Source of the DNA: Anolis carolinensis
Lineage: Eukaryota
Assembly: GCF_035594765.1 (NCBI RefSeq)
Contig: NW_026943821.1
Span: 18,383,608 to 18,447,607, forward strand
Reading direction: 5' to 3'
DNA length: 64,000 nt
In this document: positions 36,101 to 55,855 of the stretch, piece after piece
Position numbering within the stretch: position 1 is the stretch's first letter
How the letters are laid out: every line of letters begins with the position of its first letter
Position numbers and translations under genes: made by a program
Notes under the pieces: model-generated
The model's database searches: none
Told to the model about the DNA's origin: nothing
Seen by the model: the letters and a program-made list of their open reading frames with translations, nothing else

Positions 36101-37629
36101 ATGGTGGGAGAAAGAACTCTTGACTGCTTGAGCCAAGTGTGAATGGTGCAATTGGCTACCTTGATTAGCACTGAATGGCCTTGCAGCTTCAAAGCCTGTC
36201 TGGGGAAATCCTTTGTTGAGGTATTAGCTGGCCCTGATTTATTTATTTATTTATTTAATACATTTATATCTTCTCACCCCAAAGGGGACTCAGAGTGGCT
36301 TACAAATTAAATTTACATACAATATTATATTATTAGCATAGCACAATACTGGCAATAAATTACTATATTGTACTATATAAATATATTGTAATATTATTAG
36401 TAATATTACATTTAATATATAACATATAATTTATATTATATTGTATTANNNNNNNNNNNNNNNNNNNNNNNNNNNNNNNNNNNNNNNNNNNNNNNNNNNN
36501 NNNNNNNNNNNNNNNNNNNNNNNNNNNNNNNNNNNNNNNNNNNNNNNNNNNNNNNNNNNNNNNNNNNNNNNNNNNNNNNNNNNNNNNNNNNNNNNNNNNN
36601 NNNNNNNNNNNNNNNNNNNNNNNNNNNNNNNNNNNNNNNNNNNNNNNNNNNNNNNNNNNNNNNGTTAAGTCCAGTCGTGACCAACTCTGGGGGTTGGTGC
36701 TCATCTCCATTTCTAAGCTGAAGAGCCGGCGTTGTCCATAGACACCTCCAAGGTCATGTGGCTGGTATGACTGCATGGAGCGCCGTTACCTTCCCGCTGC
36801 AGCGGTACCTATTGATCTACTCACATTGGCATGTTTTCAAACTGCTAGGTTGGCAGGAGCTGGGGCTAACAGTGGGAGCTCATTCTGCTCCGGGGATTTG
36901 AACTTGGGACCTTTTGGTCCGCAAGTTCAGCAGCTCAGCGCTTTAACACACTGTGCCACCAGGGACCCCCTATTTATTTATTTGTATCCCGCCCTTTTCA
37001 CCCAATAGGGGACTCAGGGCGGCTTACAATAAAAACACATATATAAAAATAATGCAGTTAAAATTAATACAATAAACATTCGTAAAAATATACATATAAA
37101 TATACAATTGGTGCGTTTCAAGTCTAAAAAACTGGGTCTGTCATTGAGTTCTAAAGCGTGTAGTAGTAATTGATGCTGCTATTATTGTTCGAAGGCCTGG
37201 TCCCACAACCAGGTCTTAACTTTTCTATGGAAAGATAGGAGGGAAGGAGCCTGCCTGACATCATTTGGGAGGGCGTTCCATAGGTGGGGAGCCACTCTGT
37301 GTAGCCTGACATGGTGGTTGTGAGAGTGGTCCAGCATTTCTGTGTTCTCATATAATATGCTGTGTCCAGGTTGGTTCACCAAGTGTTCTGCTATGGCTGA
37401 CTTCTCTGGTTGAGTTAGTCTGCAGTGCCTTTCATGTTCCTTGATTCGTGTTTGGGTAATGCTGCGTTTGGGGTCCATTCCCTTCTCATTCCCACACCTT
37501 CCTATCCTATCTTCCCTCTTCCCTTCCTTCTTTCCGGGGCCTACTTACCTTGGGTGAGCGCTTCTCGGTGTTGCGGCTCACCAGCACCGGCGTGTCATAG
37601 CGGAGCAGCGAGTCCGACGGGGGAATCAT
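33193..37629 (-). CDS. DNALI1: Axonemal dynein light intermediate chain 1 (p28), about 274 aa, 6 exons
   Basis: Exons 37629-37549, 35708-35515, 35407-35238, 34866-34688, 34554-34390, 33228-33193 join in frame (825 nt). MIPPSDSLLRYDTPVLVSRNTEK...QQRQARETGICPVRRELYSQCFDELIRQVTINCAERGLLLLRVRDE...AQLEGIIAPKK*. Confidence 0.98.
36965..37460 (-). mobile_element. Penelope endonuclease fragment fused to an L2 3' end in DNALI1 intron 1
   Basis: TRIKEHERHCRLTQPEKSAIAEHL (Penelope GIY-YIG) runs directly into VAPHLWNALP...KVKTWL (L2). Confidence 0.75.
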
Positions 37630-37840
37630 GGCGGCGGCGGAGGCGCCCTCGCCCGTCGGGCCTGTTGTGCCGCGGTTGCCATGGCAACCTCCTAGCTCAG
37701 GAGGAGATGGCTGCGGCGCACGCCCTGACGTCACCCTCAGAGAGAGAAGGGGGGGGAAAAGGCGCATGCGCGTCACTTCCGAGAGCCGGAACCGGAACCT
37801 GAAAGGCAAAGAGGAGCCCGGCGCTTCCACAACAGTCGCC
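37630..37840. promoter_or_regulatory. DNALI1/SNIP1 bidirectional promoter
   Basis: Perfect RFX X-box GTTGCCATGGCAAC 37675-37688, CRE TGACGTCA 37726-37733, NRF1 GCGCATGCGC 37762-37771, ETS CACTTCCG and CCGGAACCGGAA about 37774-37797. Confidence 0.88.
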
Positions 37841-40233
37841 ATGGAGGAGGAAGCCGAGCGCCGCCGCCACCGCCGCCATCACCGAAAGCGGAGCCCCTCC
37901 GGAGAAGGAGGAGGGAGTCGCTCTCCGCCGAAGGAGAAGCGGAAGAAGAGGAGCCGGAGCCCTCGACGAAGCCTCGTCAGAGTCAAGCAGGTGCGAGGCG
38001 GCCCCGCCTGGGCCTTTATGGGCGGCGAGTAGGCCGGAGCCTCTGGCTATATTTGTTGTTTTTGTTCTTCTTATTACACCGGGGAACACAATTTCCGTGG
38101 AGTTTCAATCTGACTCTTGGATTTCTTTGACTAACTTTTGGCACCTGGTATTAAACTGCATTAACTCTATAGTGTAGATCAGGTATGGGCAAACTTGGGC
38201 TTTCCGGGTGTTTTGGACTTCAACTCCCAGTATTCCTAACAGCCTCAGGTCCCATCCTTTTCTCCCTCAGCCGCTTAAGCGGCTGAGGGAGAAAAGGAAA
38301 GGGCCTGAGGCTGTTAGGAATACTGGGAGTTGAAGTCCAAAATACCCAAAGGGCCCAAGTTTGCTCAGGCCTGGGATATACCCGCCCTTCGTCCCTAAAA
38401 CTATATCAAAAAAGGGGAAAATATGACCTGAATATACTGATATTTATAATAACAACAATAATAATAACTTTATTTTTATATCCCGCTCCCATCTCCCCAG
38501 AGGGGACTCGGGGCGGCTCACATGGGGACAAGCCCAGTTCCAAAATACAATAAAATACAGCATAATTAAACCAATGTAAAACAGGTAAAATAGTATATAA
38601 TCATACAAACCAGCTTAAAATATCAACATAAAACATTAGAACATTATTTAGAGTTATTTTATTAACACAAAGGCTATATAGTGTTCCCTCACTTTTCACG
38701 GATTCGCTGTTTCGCGGTTTTTCAATAAACTCTAAAAGACTATTATAAATCATAAAAAATTACAATTTGCAGCCTAAGGAAGGGAGGAAGGAGAAGCCAA
38801 AGAGAGAGAAAAGGAGCCCAAGCGGCAACGGGAGGAGAAGGAGGCGATTTATCAACACACGATTGGTAGATAAAGACTTAAAATAGTGTATAACTACTAA
38901 AATAAGGTATAAATATTAAAATAAATATAGTGTCCCTACTTCGTGGATTTTCACTTATTGCGGGTGGTCCTGGAACCTAACCCCAGCGATAAGTGAGGGA
39001 ACACTGTATATATTAGGCATGGGCCACTTCCCAGAAATTGTGGGAGTTGAAGTCCAAAACACTTGGGGGGAGGGAGGGAGGGAGGGCTGATGTTTGCCCA
39101 TGCTTAGATCCACTTTTCTGTTCATAAGAACGCTCTTCTAAGCCAGGAAACCGGCAGCTGAAGCTGGCCTTAATCTCTCCTTTGCAGGAGCGAGAGGACC
39201 CCCCTCGGAGGGGCCATGAGGAACGGCCGCATCGGGACCACGCTGGGCGGGAGAGAAGCGGCAACAGGGACCGGCACCGGGGCCCTTCTGGTCGGAGGAA
39301 GCCCCACAGAGATGGCAGGGAGAAGGCCGCTCCCCTGGATTCAGAGCAGGAGGCCCAGAGGGAGTTCTACAATGCGCGCCGGAGGGAGCGCCGCCAGCAA
39401 GCGCTCGCCAGTGGGAATGAAGGAGGCCCAGATGAGCAAGTCCCTGACGGGGCAAGCGCAGAGAAGCCGGCTGGCGACAAGGAGAAGCCCAGCTTTGAGC
39501 TTTCGGGGGCCCTCCTGGAGGACACAAACACTTTCCGGGGTGTGGTGATCAAATACAGTGAGCCCCCTGAGGCCCGCATCCCCAAGAAGCGGTGGCGGCT
39601 CTACCCTTTCAAGAACGACGAGGTCCTCCCGGTCATGTACATCCACCGGCAGAGCGCCTACCTCCTGGGACGGCACCGGCGCATCGCTGACATCCCCATT
39701 GACCACCCCTCCTGCTCCAAGCAGCACGCCGTCTTCCAGTACAGGTCAGTCTGTGCTCAGGCATGATAATAATAGTAATAATGTGGCTAAAGTGGGTGGG
39801 GAGGCATCCAAAGAAACATTTGGTGAGTCACCAAATGAATAATACAGTAGAGCTTCACTTATCCAAGGTTCTGTATTATCCAAGGCAGTCTGCCTTTTAA
39901 TAGTCATTGTTTTTGTAGTAAATGTTGCAATGTTTTGGTGCTAATTTCAGAAATACAATAATTACTACATAACATTACTGTATATTGAACTGCTTTTTCT
40001 GTCAGTTTCTTGTAAAACATGATGTTTTGGTGCTTAATTTGTAAAATCATAATGTAATTTTATGTTTAATAGGCTTTTTCGTAATCCCTCCTTATTATCC
40101 AAGATTTTCGCTTATCCAATGTACTGCCGGCCCGTTTATCTTGGATAAGTGAGACTCTACCATCATAGTAATAGTAATGATTTGTGTAAGGGGAGCAGAG
40201 GGGGATCTGGAGAAACATTTGTTGAGCCACCAA

Positions 40234-40273
<40 letters not shown>

Positions 40274-40950
40274 TGGCTAAGGTAACAGAGAGGTGCCCAG
40301 AGAAACATTTGGTGAATCAGCAAATCAATAATAGTAATAGCATGGCATAGTCAAGAACACACCATCATAAAACATTTAGTAAAATACATATGTTAAAATA
40401 TGTTTCTATGAAATACACATTAAATACACAGAACAAATATTAAAATATAGCTTGCAGCCAATGCATTTGCTGTGACAGTTTTGTAAGTCAGTACAGGAAG
40501 CTTCTCCTGAGTCCAGAGGAGAGGACAGGGAGCTAGAAAAGTATTGGTGTAAGAAGTCTCCGCAGATCAGGGAAAGAGATGCTTTGGGGGTATTAGATTG
40601 TTGGAAACTGGGATGGAGTTATGGGTGGCATGTAGCTTCAGAGGGATGTGTTATACTGACTGAACCTCATATTTCTTGCCAGGTTGGTGGAATACACCCG
40701 CCCGGATGGCACAACGGGCCGGAAAGTGAAGCCTTACATCATCGACCTCGGTTCAGGCAATGGCACCTTTCTGAACAATCAGCGCATCGAGCCTCAGCGT
40801 TACTACGAACTGAAAGAGAAAGACGTGCTGAAGTTTGGTTTCAGCAGCAGGGAATACGTTCTCCTCCATGAATCTTCAGACACCACAGAAGTGGATCATA
40901 AGGAGGAGGAAGAAGAGGAGGAAGAGGAGGAGGAGGAGGAATCCACTTGA
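37841..40950 (+). CDS. SNIP1: Smad nuclear-interacting protein 1 (FHA domain, RES complex), about 324 aa, 3 coding exons
   Basis: Exons 37841-37990, 39188-39744, 40683-40950 (975 nt). RS-rich N-terminus, KPSFELSGALLEDTNTFRGVVIKYSEPPEARIPKKRWRLYPFK, FHA core LGRHRRIADIPIDHPSCSKQHAV...DLGSGNGTFLN, poly-Glu tail. Confidence 0.97.
38180..38373. mobile_element. Palindromic hAT MITE (URR1-like)
   Basis: Near-perfect inverted repeat centred on GCCGCTTAAGCGGC; relatives at about 2335-2407, 39014-39103, 48072-48422 and 59426-59520. Confidence 0.8.
38679..39006. mobile_element. Tigger/pogo-like MITE in SNIP1 intron 1
   Basis: TIRs AGTGTTCCCTCACTT / AAGTGAGGGAACACT with flanking TA. Confidence 0.75.
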
Positions 40951-42819
40951 AAGCTCCTCTGAAGAGGAGGGAAGCCTGGGCCTTTTTGTGCAGCTGAACT
41001 CAGATCCGGACCGGATGGTTGAGACACTGCTGCCCTGACACCTCTCACTGCCTTAAACTCTTGCGTCGGGACACTTTATGGCTCATTTGCCTCCAGGTTC
41101 ATCCGTTGCATGCCTTGACTGGCAGAGTCAGTTATTCAGCTGGTTCGGAGGAGCAAGGGAGCTTCTCGTAGGCCAGCCAAGGAAGCAGCGAGGTCACAAA
41201 CCACACTGGACAAAAGCAGGGCCTTTCCCAAAATGACCAACTGTTATATTGATTTTGTTCTTTTTCCCTGCCTTCCCTGCCCTAGTTTGACAGCTGAAAA
41301 ATAGAAGCTACTTATTATTTTTTAAATTAGAATTTTAGAATATACAAAGCTTGGTGGATGTTCTGTGTAATGTCTTTGTTTTTTTTATTAATGTGTTAAA
41401 AGGAAATAACTTATAAGACTTTTTATGGATTTCTACAATGCACATAACCAGTTTTCAGGGATAAATGTGTGCAACTAACTCCCAGGCTGTATTGTCTGGA
41501 GTTAAAAAAAGAGCAGTTCCATCCATTGGTTTTTGCGGATTTCGTATCAATGAAATGGGGTGGGGGGTTCGATACAAGCGCTTTCGTGGTCACCGTGGCC
41601 GTTGTCCCACTTGATGCAGTGGCCATAATTCCCAGCAAAGCCATGAGGAGAACAACGTCATCGTGTGTCTCATAGAAGAGAGGACTGGGGAGAGGCAGTC
41701 CAAGGCTTTGCAGAGGGATCGTGGGTTTATGTTCATGTAAGCGTGGGGCCAAAGACCATTTATTCAGGCAGAAGGTGCCAGAAAACAGCTTGGGACAGCG
41801 GTTTGTTGTCCTTTAATATAGTCTGTATTTTTTAAAAAATAAAATATTTGTAAATTTAGTTTGAACGCATTGTTGTTGTGATATTCTTTCTCCAAGCAGT
41901 CTCTCTTCTGTAAAGTATAACTTACAAACGGCAGGAAGATATCAAAGGTGTGCATCAAGGTATCTCTGCAAGTGTTTTTCCTTGTTCTCAGGAACACATT
42001 ATTGGGGAATCGCTGGCCTTATTCCATCTTGTGCCCGGTTCGAATCGGTGAGATGGGGTGAGCTCCTGTCTGTCAGCTCTAGCTTGTGGGGACATGAGAG
42101 AAGCCTCCCAGCAGGATAGTAACACATCTGGGCATTCCCTGGGCAACGCCAATTATATGGCTTCTAGGGCTATTTAGAGAGGGAAGTAGAAAAGGAGATA
42201 AAGAAATTTGTCAACACAGCTTTATTGCAGCTAGATTAATACAGTAGAGTCTCATTTATCCAACATTCGCTTATCCAACGTTCTGGATTATCCCAACGCA
42301 TTTTTGTAGTCAATGTTTTCAATACATCGTGATATTTTGGTGCTAAATTCGTAAATACAGTAATTACTATGTAGCATTACTGCCTATTGAACTATTTTTT
42401 TTGGTCAAATTTGTTGTAAAACATGATGTTTTGGTGCTTAATTTGTAAAATCATAACCTAATTTGATGTTTAATAGGCTCCTTAATCTCTCCATATTATC
42501 CAACATATTCTCTTATCCAATGTTCTGCCAGCCCGTTTATGTTGGGTAAGTGAGACTTTACTGTAGTAGTGAAATCTTGGAAGAGGCGGGGGGAAAAACT
42601 ATCTAAAAAGGATTGGAGGAAAAAGTCACTAGACTATATTCAAATGGCCAAATTATACAATGGTATTCAGGGAGGAAACAATGAGGAATTCGCTAAAAAA
42701 TTGAGACTTGGCATTTGAATATTTGGAAAGAATATAAGGGTAGGTTTTAATAGGCCAAATTGCACCACTTGAAGTAGCAGCCAACAATGGAAGGACCAAG
42801 GCAGTGACATCTCTGGCCT

Positions 42820-43028
42820 AACCCTTGTTCAGATATCAGCCAGCCCGCCAATATCTTAAATCAAGAAATAGTTTTCAAAGATCTATAGAGATACCCAGCA
42901 AGCGAGAGTCCAAAAGTGGCAGGCTAAAACTTGGAACCTCAAGCCATGGCTAATACCGAATGGGAGGCTACACAGAAGACTGGGCGACTTGGAAGGCGCT
43001 GAACAGACTGCGCTCTGGAGCCACAAGT
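42820..43028 (+). mobile_element. Vingi/Ingi LINE fragment abutting the MEAF6 promoter
   Basis: Encodes TEDWATWKALNRLRSG, typical of the C-terminal part of Vingi ORFs. Confidence 0.65.
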
Positions 43029-43029
43029 T

Positions 43030-52101
<9,072 letters not shown>

Positions 52102-53051
52102 GCTTCTCTGTGCCACTTCATCCAAGAACTCCTCCCCTCCTGACCTTCCCCTCCCGCCTTCTCTGGTCGCATCGAGAGACTGAATAAGCACAACGCTCCT
52201 TCCCAGACCGTACGCCTTCTCTGCCGTTTGTGGCCCAGATCCAAGGGCAACAGTTGCTGGAGGTGGCACCTTTCCTTTGGGAAAGGCAGGCCTCCCTCCC
52301 ACGGACCGACTGGCCTGAGCCCTAACCATTTCAGAACATAGCCATCCATTGTGAGACGCTCCTCTTGATGTTCCCTTCTGCTTCTCTCCTGCTTTGGGTT
52401 CCAGCCTCTTTTCTCTTGCTATTTTCTTGTATGTTGTTTTTTTTCCTTTTTTAAATAAACCTTGATATTTAAACTTCTAGTTTTTTTAAAAAAAAGTAAG
52501 TTGATGTGTGCTGCAGCCTGTTTGGAGGCTGCTGAGTCCTTTCAAAGCAAAAGGGAGGGAGGAAGGTGTCAAGCCATTTCTTTGGAGGAAAATGGGGGAG
52601 CAGAGGCCCCATCTTCATTTCCATGCCTGCGTCTATAAATAAATGCAATATACAATCCTACATATTCCAGGGCTTCTTTCTGAGCCCACACTTTGCATAG
52701 TAGAAGCTGCCTCTGAAGAAGCCCAGCAACTTCTCAGCAACATGGGCCTCATTCCCTTTTGGGTGAAGGTCTTTGGGTGGGAAATGGATGGGGGGCAGAC
52801 AGTCATGTGGGTGACTAAAACCCATGTGTTCAAGTGAATAGAGACAGGAAGGAGGGATAGCATAGGATCATCTGAATTTCCTCTTGAGGGCATGGAAGAC
52901 AAAGTGTATTGATGGTCCATATTGGCTTGGGTCAATGCTTGGTGGAGCGGAGGCCAAGGAGAGCATCTTTGGTTGGCATATGAGGAACAGGGAGCTCAGG
53001 GTGCTTCCATTTTGAGATCTTGTGTGTGTTTTTTTTGGGGGGGGGGGTTGT

Positions 53052-54110
53052 CTCCCATGACCTTGCAAATAAACTAGTCAAATGTGGACTAGACAAAGTT
53101 ACTGTTAGGTGGATCTTTAATTGGCTAAGTGACCGAACCCAAAGAGTGCTCACCAATGGTTCCTCTTCATCCTGGAAATAAGTGACTAGTGGAGTGGCAC
53201 AGGGTTCGGTCCTGGGCCCAGTTCTGTTCAACATCTTTATTAATGACTAGATAATAATAAAAATAAAAATCTTTATTTATACCCCGCCATCATCTCCCCA
53301 CAGGGACTCGGGGCAGCTACACATGGGGCAAAGCCCGATCAGTATAATTTACAAAAACAACAGAGTAAATACATTGCACAGTATACAAAAGATAAAACAC
53401 AATAAGGCAATAAAACAAGAGTTAATACAACAGTAATACAGTAGAGTCTCACTTATCCAAGCCTCTGGATTATCCAAGCCATTTTTGTAATCAATGTTTT
53501 CAATATATCGTGATATTTTGGTGCTAAATTTGTAAATACAGTACAGTAATTACAACATAACATTACTGCGTATTGAACTCCTTATTATCCACGATACTCG
53601 CTTATCCAAGCTTCTGCCAGCCCATTTAGCTAGGATAAGTGAGATTCTACTGTAATATCAATCAACCACCAAGTACAGTTCAGTCAACTTCATAGATGGG
53701 GGGACTGCAGCAATATAAAAATAGCACCATCAGATTAAAATACCCAAATAAAAGGGACCTAATAAAATTCAGGATAGAATTATAATACCGACTGAGGCTG
53801 GTCATCCAGTGACTGTCTCACCAAAGGCCAACCTAAACATCCAAGTCTTCAGTTGTTTCTTGAAGGAGGATAGAGAGGGAGCCAACCTAATATCCCTGGG
53901 GAGGGTGTTCCAGAGTTGGGGGCTACGGCCGAGAAGGCTCTCTCTGTCTCTCTCGTCCCCACCAGTTGTAACTGTGATGAAAGTTTAGAGCAGGGGTCCC
54001 CAAACTTTTAAAACAGGGGGCCAGTTCACGATCCTTCAAACCGTTGGAGGGCCGGACTATAGTTGGCCACCAAGGAATAATAATTAATAATAATAATAAT
54101 TAATAATAAT

Positions 54111-54142
<32 letters not shown>

Positions 54143-54269
54143 ACAACAATAATAATATCAAAGAGGGTTGGAAGAGACCCTTTGGGCCATTGAGTCCAAC
54201 CCCCTTCTGCCTCTGTGCACCAAAAGCACTAGCAAAGCATCCCTGACAGATGGCCACTCAGCCTCAATC

Positions 54270-54331
<62 letters not shown>

Positions 54332-54460
54332 GGGTTGGAAGAGACCCCTTGGGCCATTTAGTCCAACCCCCTTCTTCCTCTGGGCACCAAAAGCACAAGC
54401 AAAGCATCCCTGACAGATGGCCACCCAGCCTAAATGTTAATAATAATAATAATCATAATC

Positions 54461-54521
<61 letters not shown>

Positions 54522-55065
54522 GGGTTGGAAGAGAAGAAGAGACCCCTTGGGTCATTTAGCCCAACCCGCTTCTGCCCTTGTGCCGTGGGGGCCGGATAAA
54601 TAGCTTCGATGGGCCGCATCCGGCCCCCGGGCCTTAGTTTGGGGACCCCTGGTTTAGAGGGTGTGCTTATCAAGTTTTCAGATGACACCAACTTAGGAGA
54701 GATAGCTAATAACTCCAGAGGACAGGATCAGAATTCAAAATGACCTCAACAGATTAGAGAGCTGGGACAAAAATAAAAGGAATGTCAACAAGGACAAATG
54801 TAAGATATTACACTTAGGCAGAAAAAAATGTAATGCAAAGATATAGAATGGGTGACGCTTGGCTTGACAACAATCCATGTGAAAAAGATCTTGGAGTCTT
54901 TGTGGACAACAAGTTGAACATGAGCCAATAGTGTGATGCAGCAGCTGAAAAAGCCAATGGGATTCTGGGCTGCATCAAAAGGAGTGTAGTGTCTAGATCG
55001 AGGGAGGTCATGGTGCCTCTCTATTCTGCTTTGGTCTGGCCTCTTTACCTGGAATACTGCGTCCA
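53052..55065 (+). mobile_element. CR1 RT fragment interrupted by nested L2 (-), Mariner MITE and hAT MITE
   Basis: CR1 RT sequence at 53052-53250 resumes at about 53976 and 54660-55065. Confidence 0.85.
53991..54651. mobile_element. Non-autonomous hAT element
   Basis: TIRs CAGGGGTCCCCAAACT; 8-bp TSD GTTTAGAG; internal (TAA)n and CR1-tail repeats. Confidence 0.92.
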
Positions 55066-55855
55066 AGCAAATCCCATGGGTTCTGCCTCCACTTGAGAGC
55101 AGGGGTGGCACTGGCGCCCACAATGGCAGATCCACCAGCCATCGCTAGAATACAAATTTCTTGCAATGGGATCTCACAAGTCCCAACATTTCACAGGTGA
55201 AAACTGAACACAGTTTAGGGCTAATCAACATCAGAATGAGGTCAACATGGTGATGTTACTAATAAGAACAGACAAGCTAGGGGCTGCTGATGTAGTATTC
55301 TTTTTTTAGTAGTATTCACTGCTAATCCTGAGAGCACCCAAAAGCCACCCCCCCCCCCCCCCGCCCCTGCGCTGCTTTCCTCCAATGGGATTAAGGCCTG
55401 CAAGATCTAATCTCTTTCTCTCTCCTGCCCTGAGAAGGCCAAGGAGGCACAGTGGGCTGCTTTGCAAGAAAGGGCAGATCCTGTGAAGGAAGGGGGGAGG
55501 GTCTCTTTTGGAAAGGTAGAAACTGAAGGTGGTGGAGTCCATGGAGGAGAAGAAGGGCGAGGAAGAAGAAGGAGATGGTGATAAGATCAGACCTTGAGAG
55601 ATGATAATAGTCCGATGCTGAGAATGACCCACTGAGTCACTTCTTCCTGCCTTTCTCCGAGGAGCTCAAGTTCTGTGGTGTCTATGGCTCTCCTACAGTT
55701 TATCTTCACAGCAACTCTGCCAGGTAGGCAATGTGTGAGAGAGCTTGTGGAGGGTGGAGAAGGGGGTGGGTGGGTTTGGAATCGGCAGAATGTCCGTCCT
55801 CTCCCAAACTTTGAGCTCTAACCCTTCCTTGTGCCCCTCCTGTTCTAGTGGTGCC

